Shown in pieces: positions 1 through 14,131 of a stretch of 64,000 nucleotides of DNA. The notes below the pieces were generated by a model. The model made no database searches, was not told the origin of the DNA, and saw nothing but the letters and a program-made list of their open reading frames with translations. This stretch comes from Octopus bimaculoides. Taxonomy: Eukaryota. The stretch is taken from positions 50,366,742 through 50,430,741 of the forward strand of contig NC_068982.1 in the NCBI RefSeq assembly GCF_001194135.2. The letters are read 5' to 3'. Position numbers and translations under genes: made by a program. Numbering within the stretch: the first letter of the stretch is position 1; each line of letters opens with the position of its first letter.

Positions 1-2549
1 TCTAATGCAAACGACTTTACTGAGCGTACTGAATACTATTTGCAGGACACAAGGCACCAATGAAGTCACCGAGTCACTTGCAAGACAAGACTACTCAATT
101 GAGTAGGATGCAATATTGAGAGAGGTTGCTTTATACCAGTGATGAATTGTTAAAGTATGATAGATGTGCAGAAACAGGTATTCAATGTTTGATAAGTGAG
201 ACTGAAGCTAAAATATTGTGATAAATAAAGAAAAAATCTACCGAGTCTTTTAGAAAATAAGCAGCCAAGCTTTTCAAAGTTCTAGTCTTACCATAATTGT
301 TCTGGGGTTAAAGTACTGAACTATCTACTAACTTGGTCATAAGTTCAAACTTGATCACATCCTCTATGGTTTGCCCTGAGCCAAAGACTATAACTATTTC
401 ATTTCGTCTTACACTTATTTCACAGCTGTATAATTAACATTAAGAATTGGAATCTTGTTGCAATAAAAACTGAAGTGTCCAGCAGAACTTAGTAGAATGA
501 ATAAAAAAGAACAAACAAAACAATATCTAATGTGTAAGAATAAGAAGAGATTTATTCAACTTGAAGAAAGAATGTGTATACGAAGTTGATGCATGCTGTT
601 CCTGTTGGCAAGGCTGCATTTTTTCTCTGCACTGAAAGCTCAATTATACAAACTATACAGTGCTATGATAAAATGTGTACATTTCTGATAAGAAATAAGC
701 TGAGTATGGTTCATTAGATAAATGATGTGTCTGAAAAACAGAATGAGCTCAGATATGGAAAGAAGATGATTGGAAATGAAAGAAAAGAAAATGAGTATCA
801 TTTGATGAAAAAAAGAAAAAGAAAAAGATGAGGTATTGTGAAGCGAGATAGAAATGGGGAAAAAAAATGCAAATGTAGTATTTGCTGAGAATCAAACCAA
901 AATTTTGAGGAGAAAAACAACAACGGTTAAATATGACTGAACTAAGATTGCTGAAATGGATACAGTGAGGACTGCTAGTCTGTTTTGTCTAAGCCAAAAT
1001 GAATGTGGAAACAAAAAGAAAAGAAATATTGGTTACATATCTATGAAGCAAATATTCAGGAAAATGATTTATTTTGTAAGTGCAAATAACTAATAGAAAT
1101 GAAAGAATAAATAATAAAATTTTGGTAGTAGTAAAGATGGTCAGTATTCAAAAAGCCAGTTGTGGAATTCAATAAAATTCTTTCTAAATATGTGTTTGTT
1201 AGGGAGGTTAAAGACTAGATATTTTTAAATATTAAGAAGGATATTATTCCTGTAGTCAACTGGCTTTTTCTTGAGTACTCTATGGTACTAATAAAATAAT
1301 AATCGTTATTGTCATTTCTATATGTATAAGAGTTGACCTGGTCTGTAACATTTTCTCTTTCTATGTATCTCACTTTTATCCCCTATAGTATTGAGTTTAA
1401 TTACTACATTTGAAATTTTTGTTACTTATGTTTACTATCAATAAGAGAGAAAAAAATTGGTCCCTTTGGTTACAGAAACCAAAACACTGTGTGTCTCGAG
1501 GTTTAATGGATAATTCTGTGGAAGCAGTTATTGTAAAAGAGCAGAGGCTGGATTTCGAGATTAAAGAAGGGACTAACTAGTAGTATAAACTTCATTAACA
1601 GAGTGAGAAATAGAGAGCTAGAAGTAGTTATAGTCATCAAGAGTGAAACTGATAATAGCCGAAAGAATTTGGAGAGCAAGAATGGCAGCAACTGAGTTTA
1701 GAAAAATCATAAAGAGAGTGTTTCATCCAATGTTGTGTATGATGAAAGGTAAGACATGTGGAGTCAACATGAGGCTCTAAATTTTAGTTACAAGTTAATG
1801 CATCAGTCAAGGTTGTGAGGAATTGGGATCTGACAAACGATTCGTCCTATGTTTATTTTTTGTCTTAAACATACTTTGGAAAAATCCATTTGTATACTGC
1901 ATCATTGTTACTATATGGTCTCCTTCTGTTCACATACATGTATAAAGTGATTATTTTTATAAAGGTTGTCTTTTTTACTTGAAATGCTGTTCAGTGGTGT
2001 CACCTAATTACTCAAGGTCATTCTTTATTCTTATATTGGTTTCAATTTTTGGCACAAGGCCAGCAATTTCAGGGGAGGGTGTAAGTTGATTACATGACCC
2101 CAGTGTTCAACTGGTACTTATTTTATCGACCCCGAAAGGATGACGGGCAAAGTTGACCTTGGCAGAATTTGAACTCAGAATGTTAAGATGGATAAAATGC
2201 TGCTAAGCATTTTGCCTGGTATGCAAATGGTTCTGCCAGCATAATGCCCTCTTTCATTTTTATATTATGCCTTTCTGACCGTTATTGCAAAACTAGCTTT
2301 TGTTCTTTTTGTATTCTGGATTGCACAACCACCAAAAAATATACGCAACAAAGAATTAGCAACAAAGTTTATTAAAATTAGCTCTGAAGAATTTTCAACA
2401 AAAATGGGCTACAAAAATAATTCTTTAAAAAATTGAAAAAGAATTTTTTTTTTTTTTTCTTTTTTGCAACAAACTTTATATCATTACAAAAGCTGAAGGA
2501 ATCTGGACAAAGATGTTCAGATTATTTTATAGAAAAAAATAAGTTTCCA

Positions 2550-3640
2550 ATAATTTGCTATGGAGAAGATTGTTAAGATTTTACGATCAGAATAGTGATA
2601 TATTTGAGCTGAATAAAATTACCTGCAAAGAAATGGAATAAAATATTTTATTAATGGGACTTATAAAAATGTTTAAACTGGCTAATGCTTTAATGATGCC
2701 AATAGATTATGAAAAATGTAATTCTTTTTGTTTTTGAAGTCATGAAAAAAATCTGATGGTGGAGAAATGTTGTAAATTTGCAATATAATTTTTACAGTTG
2801 CTATGAAAAGAATGGAACCGGAGCTGCCAATTTTTGTGGCAGAATTAAAATAAAAATTGGCTGACTTTTGCTTCAGAGATACAGAGTGTATTATTGAAGA
2901 CTGATTATGAGTGCACACAAGTATGAAAAATGTGCAACAGACAGTTTTGGAAGAAATAGACCCAGTACTAGAAATAAGCATTGAAAATTGCTGAAGCAGT
3001 CGAGAGAGCTATAGCAAACATTTGAAATTTGCCCAGAGGAAAACTTGAGGCTATGCCTGGAAAGAATGATATATTTGATTGGAATCAAAAGGCAAAATTG
3101 CCACAGTTTCCAAGCTAAAAATTGTACAAGTGAAAATCAACAAAGGGAAGAATTAGAGTATAATTTTTGCAATAAAACAGGTAATTTTTGGAATGATTGT
3201 AGATTCAAATTAAACCAAAATAGGGTTGGACAATATCAAAAGTATAATCAAAAGAATTTTTATCGTTAAAATAGAAAATGACCAGTTTTGAGAAATATTA
3301 ACTCTTATCCTTGTGAAATTTTTTTACAAGTCAAAAACTTGATCCTGTAATGATTCTTACAAAAAGAAATGAATGACAAAAGAGAAGATTTCTCTAACAA
3401 GATTAATATGAATCGTGTGATATCCTGTATTTCAGAACTGGATGTCTGATGCAATGCCATCCAGTACTGTCATAGAGAAAGTTAAAAGTTAAATTATTAA
3501 TAGCAAGTGTAATGAAATCAAGCCTATAAAAAATTCCATTAGAAAATACCAGACTATATTCAAATGTGATACTGAAGAGCAATGTCCGAAGCTGGAGCCA
3601 GTGAATGATCATAGGTAAGCAAGCCTGAATCAAAATTCAG
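2550..3640 (+). mobile_element. Decayed Ty3/Gypsy gag(-pol) remnant
   Basis: Fragments FVAELK*KLADFC, VQQTVLEEIDPVLE, AEAVERA and a degenerate zinc knuckle YNFCNKTGNFWNDCR (about 3160-3205), plus LEPVNDHR*AS near 3590. Many stops and frameshifts. Confidence 0.55.
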
Positions 3641-4229
3641 TTTTTTGTGCTATGGGCACAAATCAATTTGACCATTCTGACGAAAAGTACAGTATGCTTT
3701 TAGCTTTATTGTCTCAGATTGTTGTGTACCATTACATTAAGTTGTCTTCCTTTTATGGCCCACTAAAATGTGTTCACAAATGCCCAATGTCTTTCGTATA
3801 TTATCCTATGTGAAGTAAGTTCTACAGGGGAGTTAATTTGTGTATGTAAATGTTCTTATTATCTACACTCCCTTAGTTGTCAAGCTGACAGAATCAGATC
3901 ATCCAACAAATTGCATAGTGCCATTTTTTCCAACTTATTAGATTCTGAGTTCAAATTCTGCCATGGTCAGTTTTGCCTTCAACACTTTCAGTATCAATAA
4001 AATAAATAAGTACCAGCTGAACACTGGCATCAATGTAATTGACTTGCTCTTTCTCTAAAATTGCTGGCCTTGTGCCAATATCTGCAGCCCCCTCATTGCA
4101 TTTTGTTTATATTTAGAGATTGTGTGAAACAGCTAGTTCAAATTACACCCTGAGAGTATTTTGAGTGAAAGTTTTCAGATTGTTTTTATTTTCCAGTGAA
4201 AAATGAAGTTAACTTCAATGAATTTCAAA

Positions 4230-5500
4230 TTATGTATTTAACCCAAGAAAATTTCTGGATGACACCACAGATAATCTCTAGCAAAATAAATGCATTTACT
4301 GGTTCTTGTTTTGTTCATTCTGTAGTTTGAAATATCAAGTTGTTCTGACAGAAGTTTAAATGAACGTTGTACACACTTGATATTAGTACTGAACCAACTT
4401 AACAGTCCATTGTAAATGTCGTCGCCACTGCTGTTATTACTTATTTTTACTGTTAATATTCTTGACATTGTCTGTGGTCTGTGTTTTCATATGTGGGAAA
4501 TTTGAAATCAGAGGCTTCCAGTTTCAATCGATAGTTTGGTGGTTCTTTCAAATTCTGAATCAAACCCTCTGAGTTATCTGTAAAATTCTTTATATTTAAT
4601 ATTTAATAATACTGATAATAATAAATACATTCTGATGAAATTACCAATCCCAAGTTGCAAATATAAATAATATTGGTCAGATGACACTATCTCCTTAGAT
4701 TAGTATAAATCTTTTCCTTAGGGAATGCAATTATCAACTATTATAGTGTTAACTTTCCTGTTGGTGGTGGGTGTCACAGAAATTGAGATATTATCCTATT
4801 AAATGCTAATCTTAGGCATGAGTGTGAAAAGTCAACTTATCATTTATCCATTAAGGTTTCCATGGTGACAGATCAACTAGTAGTGCAAGAACATCAAAAC
4901 TTTTTTTTACATCAGCCATAATCACCCATTTGTTTCTTTTATTTATTTTATTTTCTTATTTACTGTTCTTACTAAGTTAACCAACTGGGAATAAGTCTGT
5001 TGGCCTCTAAATACAGGATAGCAAAATACCATTCATGAAGATGTTAAAATTTATGGTAAAATACTTAAAGGATTTTGTAAAATCACATCTTACTTGCATA
5101 CAAATATTGTGTTTTTGTGATGCTTCCAAGTTTTGCAATCAAGAACTCTTTGTAATGAATTTTATCTTAATTCAATATATAGTCTTGGAGTTTCTTCTCT
5201 TTTTTCTTCTTTACTACTTAGCAGTACCGCTGACAATTTTCAGGGCTCCTGACTCTGATGAGAAGTTATCCTCAGATCAGAAACCTGCCTTGAATGCTTG
5301 CTACCAAATATCTCTACCAAAGGCATTCAAAGACCAAGTGGTAAGGTTCAACCAGATGATGGAGTGAATTTGGTCTATTATACAGTGGAGTTTAGGACTT
5401 GCTTTTGGAAATGTTGATATATTTGTTGAAACTTTTACTGTAGTCTTCCCAGTTATCTTGTACCAATCATAGTGACTAATTTTAAAGCTATCATATCTAA
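4230..5500 (-). mobile_element. Possible decayed Penelope-like RT/GIY-YIG remnant
   Basis: Faint fragments in the expected order: PKLH..II (about 5400), LRR(I)VSSD (about 4700), TSKCIY...C...LG (about 4280). Confidence 0.3.
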
Positions 5501-6316
5501 TGAACCTACAAAAGCACATGCACAGGTTTACCTAACCTGCTGGCTATGAAATCTTAAATCTTAGAACTGCAGAATCAAGACTAACCTGGAGTTAAACAAA
5601 CGTTGTCATTGCTTATTATTTGATAGTTTGGAATTCATGACCCATAAAAACTAATGTTTAATTTGTTTGTGTTTTAATGATTACATCAAAATTACTTGGA
5701 TGAGGGAACAAATACCAAGCATCTTTCTACTTATATTTGAATTAAGAGACTACTTGCTGTGGAATTAAGGTTTAGTTGTCTTGTGAGTTACTTTGTGACC
5801 TCACTAGTACAGGTAGCACGAAAAAAAAAAAAAGCAGCTTGTACATTCTGTAAGATGGTTGGCTTTAGAAAACGCATCCATCTATTGAAGACTGTCAAAA
5901 TTGACTTTAAAGTTTGCCACAGTCTCTAGACTTGATGGATCCTGTTGAAGCTTACCACCCATGCCAGCATGGATGACAGACGTTAAATGATGATGATGAT
6001 ACTATCAGGTTAATGAACTGATTGGAATCATTGTTTCATCATATTTTTTTCTAAATTCATTCTCTGAAATTGAAATTATTCCACATTGTATCAGTTCTGT
6101 GCATTTCCACAATGGTAACTACTTTAACATTCTAAGAATGCAAAACCACCTTACAAATAGGTGTAGACTAGGCTGTATGGTAAGAAGTTTGCTTTCAACC
6201 ACATGGTTCTGGACTCAGTTGCACTGTGTGGTACAATGGGCAAGTATATTATCTGCAAAATAGATTTTATATATGTATGTACAGCCATATAGTTATAGCT
6301 TGCATATGGATATGTA

Positions 6317-7193
6317 TGAGGTCTGATCAATAGGTATCCGGACTGTTCCCATAGTAACGAAGCTAAAGCATAGAGAGAGTGAAGACAATTAACACAAATT
6401 GACCTTGAACTCTGTGCACTAAGTTTTAACAGAGTAGTTCACTTCTGCAGTTTACAGCAGTGCTTGGAAGAAAGGTGTGTTGTATGTGATTGTTGCATTG
6501 ACCATGACAGAGAAAGTTATCATGACAATACCTTCTCAGATGCCTACGCAGAATTGCAGAAAATGTATGGAGAGGAGTGTATGAGCTGCACACAAGTCTA
6601 TGAGTGGTTCAGATGTTTTGAAAATGACCGAAAAAATGTCAATATTGACAAACGTTCTGGGAGACCCACAACCAGCAGAACTGAGAAAAACATCGCAGTT
6701 GTGAGGGGACATCACTGAATCACCATCCGTGGGTGATCAGAGGACATGCAGATTAGTTAGGGTTCAGTTCATACCATTATCCTTGAAGATTTGGGTATGA
6801 GACATGTGTCTGCCAAGTTTGTGCCAAAACTGCTTTCAGCTGACCAAAAGGACACTTGGGTTTCAGTTGCACAAGATCTCTTTGATTGTGTTGAGAACGA
6901 TGAAAACTTTTTGAAAACTTTGTGTAGGCCTCTGAGCAGGTATTGCCAAGCTTTTGGCAAAATTTGATGCAGATTCTCTATTCAACTTTTTCTATCATTG
7001 TCAATGTGATGATCATGCACTGCACCACTTTCCTTCCAAGCACTGCTGTAAACAGCACAAGTGAGCTAGAATGTTAAAACTTAGTGGACCTGCACAACTG
7101 AGTTCAAGGTCAATCTGTACTAAGTGGCTTCACTCTCCATGCTTTAGCTTCATTACTATGGCAACAGTCCAGATACTTATTGATAAGACCACA
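6317..7193 (+). mobile_element. Non-autonomous mariner derivative with fold-back (two 5' ends) structure
   Basis: Starts TA|TGAGGTCTGATCAATAGGTATCCGGACTG and ends with its reverse complement. The left part encodes a frameshifted transposase N-terminus (VYEWFRCF..DKRSGRPTTS..LGMRHVSAKFVPKLL..FLKT). About 6918-7193 is an inverted copy of the TIR, 5'UTR and first ~28 codons. No DDD catalytic domain. Confidence 0.85.
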
Positions 7194-7849
7194 TGTGAAT
7201 GGTAGATTAACTCAAGAAAACAAATTCATAATCTCAATTGAGTTGTTGGATTGATACAATCTAACTCTTGCCTATAATATTTAAAGCAAAAGTAAAGCCA
7301 TATAGTTTGAATACCAAGATAGATGAAAATATATATTTATTCTTATAAATACAGTGGAACCCCAGTTTACATATACCTCTCATCAAGAACAAATCAGTTT
7401 AGGAATAATTTTTCAAACAATTTGTCTCATGTGACAAACGTTGTCTGGAGTAATGAACACATAAGCTGGCAACAAGCTGTGTATCAGCAGGAGAGCATCA
7501 GTTGCTATCTAGCTTTCACTCAGTGCACATCCCTATTTGAATTCACCATGTCTTCTCTTGATTTTCCCCACCGGAAAAATAGTTTTGGTTTACAACCATT
7601 TTCGGTGACAACCTTCAGGAATGAATTAAATTTGTAAACCAAAGTTCCTCTGTACTTTGGCTATATAATAAATCAAGACTGATGAAAATATATTTATACT
7701 CATAAATACCTTGGCTATATTTTATAGTTTTGTTCTCTCTGCCCCCACTCTTCAAATACAGTTTTGTAAGCTTAATAACTTTACTTAAATTGCCTCCCTC
7801 TTTAAAAGCCATGAGAATTTAATATCAATTTGTGGTTGAATTTTTATTC

Positions 7850-8267
7850 TATTTACTCTTTTACTCTTTTACTTGTTTCAGTCTTTTGACTGTGGCCATG
7901 CTGGAGCACCGCCTTTAGTCGAGCAAATCGACCCCAGGACTTATTCTTTGGAAACCTAGTACTTATTCTATCGGTCTCTATTGCCGAACCGCTAAGTTAC
8001 GGGGACATGAACACACCAGCATCGGTTGTCAAGCGATGTTGGGGGACAAACACAGACATACAAACACATACACACACACACATATATATATATACATATA
8101 TACGACAGGCTTCTTTCAGTTTCCGTCTACCAAATCCACTCACAAGGCTTTGGTCGGCCCGAGGCTATAGTAGAAGACACTTGCCCAAGATGCCACGCAG
8201 TGGGACTGAACCCGGGACCATGTGGTTGGTAAGCAAGCTACTTACCACACAGCCACTCCTACGCCTA
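7850..8267 (-). mobile_element. SINE family A, young intact copy
   Basis: GTGTGGTAAGTAGCTTGCTTACCAACCACATGGT head, internal (TA)(TG) tract, (AAAAGAGT)n tail, CpGs retained. At least 12 more copies in the window. Confidence 0.85.
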
Positions 8268-8398
8268 TTTATTTATTTATTTTAGAATTATAAGTGACAT
8301 TTACAAGAATTAAGTTTAACTGCCTGTATATAGTGCAGTAGTAGTATTTTATTCAGTTTTAAAAAGTTTTCCTAACTGAAAACTAAAAATGGATTATT

Positions 8399-8438
<40 letters not shown>

Positions 8439-9287
8439 CCATCCATATATTGACACTGACAAACTAGCTTCACTCGTTGGAAAGATGTCAAGTCTAATCC
8501 AATTAAGAAATATTGGCTTGTACATAGCTTGTTGCTGAGATCCTTATCATGAGATTTAACTTCTCCAAAACAGTCTCTAAAAATTGTTTCTTTTTTTTTC
8601 GTAGCTGAAATTCTCTGCTTGGGGAAAATGGCATTCCTTTTAATTTATTTTATCTTAGATAATAAAAAGAACTACAGGATTACAGTTCCTTTTGTCTTTT
8701 TTTTTTTTTTGTTATTAATTTTCTTGATGACTTCCTTGTAAGTAACTCTGTCAAAACTGTCAGTGCCATTCTTCAGTTCTATACATGCCTTTATGCCTTT
8801 ACCAATAAATTGTCTCATTTTGTCTTGTGACTGTCTTGCAGATACACTGTTTTAGATGGAAATCTTTTAGTATTTTACATTAAATCATTTTTTTAAATCT
8901 TATTTTTGTTTAATTTTTTTGATTTTATGTAACACTTCCTTGAAAATCAGATGACTTGATAAAGTGTAATGATAATAATGATGATAATAATAATAATAAA
9001 TAATAGTAATAATAATAAACATTGTGAAATTATTTAAGCACTAATATGAACATATTTTTTCCATTTACTAATTAATTAATACTATTTAAGCTTAATAATG
9101 TGCAAAATTGATTAAATTCTTTAACAGTTTGTTATATTCAAATTCTTGGCTCGTTAAAAAATACTATTTTCAATTACCAGAATTTTTTTCAAAGAGAATT
9201 AACCAGAAATTCCTGAGATTTAGTAGAAATTTACCAAAATAACTAATTAGTATTATTTTTTCTGTAGTAATATTAGCTTTTCATTTC

Positions 9288-9338
<51 letters not shown>

Positions 9339-10019
9339 AATATGTATTAATTTTTGACATACACAGAACTATGTGTGTCAAAAACTTATAGAATTATCTA
9401 TATTAATAATAATAGTAATAATGATAATAATTTTGCTAGAATATATACACACATATAGTGTATTAGTTTTTGACACCCACATGCATGTTTGTATTTGTGT
9501 TAGAAAACTAATAGAATTATATCTAAAATAATTACACAAATTACTCTGCATCTATACCAATTATTATTTTATTTATTGTTATATTTCAGTGATAAACTAA
9601 TAAATGAAATGCTTCTGGTATTTAGAGAGTAATGCCACAAATATTTGCTATTAAGCTAATAATAACTAATTATGGAGGCGTGTTGCTTAGTGGTTAGGGT
9701 TAGGGTTAGGGTGTTGGACTCAGAGTTGTAAGATTCTGATCTCAATTCCTGGACTGAGTGACGTGTTGTGTTTTTGAGTAAAGCACTAACCTTCAGATTG
9801 AACATATGACCATAGAAAATCTACCTCAGCAAATTCTGTCTAACCCATGCAAGCATGGACATTACATTGTTGATGATGATACCCAAATTAATGAGAATAA
9901 TAAATTATATTATCTGCTTCCTTTGAAGCTGGAAATGGATCAGGAAAGAGAAGTTTTACCTGACAAGTCCCAAGGTAGTATAGAGTAATGATCTCTTGAT
10001 ACTGGGATTAGCAGTGAAT

Positions 10020-10400
10020 ACAGAAATAAGCAATCCTTGACTAAACACAGCCTGTCTTTGTTTGACAAAGACTAACATCAAACACCCAGCAGGTCTGGCT
10101 GTGAGAAACAGCATGGTAAGTGTGCTGTCTTATTGAAAGAGTCATACACCTTCTGATGATCACATTCACAATGATGGGCCAAGATCCTAGCTGTTGACTT
10201 CACAGAGAAATTTTTGTGACGTCAACTACCAGGATCACCCACTACCCCCAAATGTATTTTGGTAACATTTATATGCTTGGTAACTTACACTGGAATCATG
10301 TCTTCATCCTGCATCACCTAACACATGGATTAACCAAGTGTGTGTTCTGTTGTTTCTTATATGTGGGTCAATATTCAAATACTCTGCTACAGAGCCATCT
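10020..10400 (-). mobile_element. Possible RTE LINE 3' remnant
   Basis: Broken fragments resembling W.GHV.RM.D..IP and WRS..EGV..F. Confidence 0.35.
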
Positions 10401-11939
10401 AAAAGCATTCTTTAATGCTACATTTAAAAAGAAAAAAAAATGGAACCTATATAAGATGGCAGTTCTGGTAGATATAACAAGCTACCCCACACCACACAAC
10501 ACATACTTCCACTAACAGAAAAATGCACCTTGGATAATATAGTCCTGGATACACAATGTCTAGAAAAAAAAAAGTAAAAAGATTTTGATGATGAAGTCTT
10601 TACTGATTAGAGGTCTGACCTGTGGCTAAGGAACAAGAAGTATTTCCCTATTGAGATATCTGAGCATATCATTTTACATAGAATCAACTTTGTTATCTGA
10701 TTTTATGTTTTGAACAAAAGCTAATTATCCAAGTAATTTATTTCCTATTGTTTCAAAGTCGCCAGCTTAAAAGTTTTTTGTATAAATACTAGTCTTTTGC
10801 TATCCTACTTACTACATACATATAAAAGGCTGTGAAGCTGTAATCACGTATTGTTTAATATTCTTTAGAATTTACATCTTACTATTAAGAGGGAAAAAAA
10901 ACTATCAAATGGAACAAATATGATTTTATTTCACATTCCACACTTTTGTAAGTTGTTTCACTTTGTAATACATTATTTTGTTTATAAGTATAATTGTATT
11001 TATTTTGATTTTTTTCAGTGCTTATTGCTTTTAAATTAGCATTATTTAATTTGTTCTCTCATTTTCATGTTGCTTTTCTAAGAAATTTAATTTTTGATTA
11101 ATTAAATGATTTGTATGTTTTCATTTGACACAGATTTTATTTCTTTATTTCTTCTGTCTAGTTCTTGTTGTTCAAACCCTGGCTGAGCAGACTTGTGATC
11201 AAAAGAATTCTAACTATAGCCAAATAGTCTTTTCAGACATAGTTTATCTCAAACTACTGTATCCTATACACCTTCTCTGTTTTTTTGAAAGATGTTATAG
11301 AGAGATTTAACTGCTGTTTCTGGTAGGTAGAGCTACCATGTAGAGGTACCCTCACTGGTTTGTTTAAAGGCTAAATATAACAAGCAGTGAGTAAGGAACA
11401 CATTTTACCCTAATATATGAGAAATTGCATAATGCTCAGTAGTTAAAATAATAAATTTAGGATATATTTTTTTGCTCATGAATGCTAATTCTTTCTTCTA
11501 TAGGTACAAGGCCTAAAATTTTGTTGCGAGGAGTTAGTCAGTTACATTCACCTAAATACCAGTTGAGCTCTGGAATCAATATAATCAACTAACCCCCTCC
11601 TGCAAATTAACAGGCCTTGCACCAAATTTTGAAACAAAGGCGGAAGCTGGGAAAAAAGCTTAATGGCATCTCTTCTGGTTTTACTGTCTGAGTTCAAATT
11701 TCACCAAGGTCAACTTGCCCTTTCATCAATTTCAGGGTCAATTTAATACTAGGAACAATGTGATTGACTAGCACCCTCCCCACAAAATTTTAGACCTTGT
11801 GCCTATAATAGAATTATTATCATTATTATTTGGGTGGTTAAGTAGCAAGTTTTTTTTACAGTTAAGAAAGGAAAATGGATTCTCCAAAGTACAAGTGGAA
11901 ATCCATTGAAATTCAAATTGCTTTGTCTTTACACTTTAA

Positions 11940-12129
11940 CCCTTATCAAATGTATTACTTATTTATTTACATTGTTTTGGATTAATTGTGGCTTCAAGAG
12001 ATCAATGATGTGATCATTTATTTTTAGTATGACATTATAGGTTGGGTGTGAGTGGCCAGATCTAAACAATTTGAACATGAAAGAGGTACAATATCTGGGC
12101 TGGATATGGCTAGTTTAAATGATAAAAGA
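11940..12129. mobile_element. piggyBac-type MITE, same family
   Basis: TTAA|CCCTT ... AATGATAAAAGA|TTAA. Body matches 47238-47425. Confidence 0.6.
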
Positions 12130-13049
12130 TTAAGCATTATAAGGAGTTTCAGAAACAGATGCCTATTTGAACCTCCATATGGCAACTGCAGTTGGGTTTA
12201 TAAAGTAAAATAATCCAAGGATTGCAAAAATGTTTGAAATATAGCTACTGGTGCTGGAGTCGAAGCTTGCAGGATAACCAAACATTTGGAGAAATGGTTC
12301 ATAGAGTAAGGTGGAGCAGGCAATATGTGAAAGTATTGAATGTATTGCCCAAGAATGTTGCTGGATTATAAATATTTACATATGTATTTAAGCTGCCAAG
12401 CACTGATGCCATTGGACATTTGAAATGGCTTGCTGTAACTGGTAAATAAGTTCTGTTGTCTAGCTTATGTAATTGGTTCTGAAAGGAGAGTTAGCGATAG
12501 CATAGGGAGTTGAGTTTATAGAGGCTGAAAAAATTAACAAACTGCTGCATATGTTTGAAATAAATGAAAGGGATTCTGTTGCTATTCAAAAGGTTAAATA
12601 TATTAAGAATGTCAGGAGTGTAGTGGAGCATAGCAGATTTGCACTAATTAGAGAGTTAATAACTTCAGTATGATTAATTGAAAATGTAATGGGAACTTGA
12701 GTGGTATGTTTAAGCAAATGAGTTGTCAAAAGTACATAAACATCTAAAGTATCACTTACCATATCCATAAGAGATGACTGTTAATACCAGTAAGATTAAA
12801 TGAAAAAAATCTTGGTAAAGGGTAGGAATCCTAGCTGCTATAAATGCTGGTCTTCGCAATCTCTGAGCAATTTCATAGATATAACTTCATAAACTCATGA
12901 ATTCCTTTGTAGAGCTAGTTCTGATCCATTTGCTCACCTGCAAAGCTCAAGCAAAACCTCAACAGGAGTATTATTCCTATATATATATATATATATATGG
13001 AGGTGGGGGCAGTGTTACTGCCTACATATATTAACATGATAAACTGAAC

Positions 13050-13405
13050 CAGACATTGTTAAGAAGCCTATTTCCCAACCATGTGGTCTTGGGTTCAGTC
13101 CCACAGTGTGGCACCTTGGACAAGTGTCTTCTACTATATCCATAACCAAAGCCTTGTGAATATATTTAGAGGATGGAAACTGTGTGTGTGCATGCATGCA
13201 TGTATGCATATGTTTTGTGTTTGTCCTGCACAACCACTTGACAACAGGTGTTGGTTTGTTTATGCCCCCATAACTTAGTGGTTTATCAAAAAGAAACTAA
13301 TAGAATAAGTATCAGGCTTTAAAAAAGTAAGTACTGGGGGTGGGGTCAAGGCAGTGCCCCAGCATGGCCACACTTCGATGACTGAAACAATAAAAGATTA
13401 AAAAG
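13050..13405 (+). mobile_element. SINE family A
   Basis: Homologous to 7850-8267. Confidence 0.8.
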
Positions 13406-13718
13406 AAAATTTTTTTTTTAAATAACATAGAGATATTCAACTGAAGAGGACAGATTCAGTCACCAACCAGCTTCAGATCTGTTATCTCAGAAGATGCTGT
13501 TTTATCTCTGTTTTGAACCCATGTTTCCTTATAACCATGTCCTTTGTCTCATTTCTCTGGATACTGCACTAAATGCATAGCCCAGTCCTTTCCACTCATG
13601 ACCAACACCTCTAGAATTCCCTCTGTCCTTGTTTTCCCACAGACACTGTTTTACAGATGTTCAAACTCAACATCAACCATATGATTCATTTCATCTGTCT
13701 TGTATAACTTGCAAATGT

Positions 13719-14052
13719 GAAGGTACATGGCTCAGTGGTCAGAGCATCAGGTTAGAGCATGAGGTAGTGAGTTCAGTTCCTGGACTGGGGATGTGTGTTG
13801 TGTTCTTGAGCAAGACACTTTATTTCACATTGCTCACTCAGCTGTAGAAATGAGTTGCGACATCACAGGGGCCAAGCTGTGTCAGCCTTTGCCTTTCCCT
13901 TGGACAACATTGGTGGTGTGGAGAGGGGAGGCTGGAATGCAAGGACGACTGCTGGCCTTCCATTAACAACAGCCTTGCCCAGACTTGTGCTTCAGAGGGG
14001 AACTTTCTAGGTGCAATCCCATGGTCATTCATGACTGAAGGGTGTCTTTACC
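13719..14052 (+). mobile_element. Older tRNA-derived SINE (family B2)
   Basis: tRNA-like head then TGTGTTGTGTTCTTGAGCAAGACAC core. Reverse copy at 54025-54358; heads at 9675-9790, 49780-49970 and 63790-63915. Confidence 0.75.
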
Positions 14053-14131
14053 TTTTATATAGCTTGCAATGGTGAAGAACAATGTCAGTTCTGACTGTTA
14101 TTATTTTTTTTTTAAATCATGAATAAATATA

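Noticed and set aside
1500-1745. Possible LINE 3' remnants here and at 12180-12900 on the - strand
   Set aside because: Only vague motif echoes. Not supportable without an alignment.
5255-5290. CTGATGA...GAAAC on the + strand
   Set aside because: No helix II abutting both core halves and no NUH triplet with helix I.
11125-11310. ORF with a signal-peptide-like start (TQILFLYFFCLVLVVQTLA)
   Set aside because: Starts at TTG, has no suitable phase-1 donor, and reflects T-rich intron composition. The 17039 candidate fits better.
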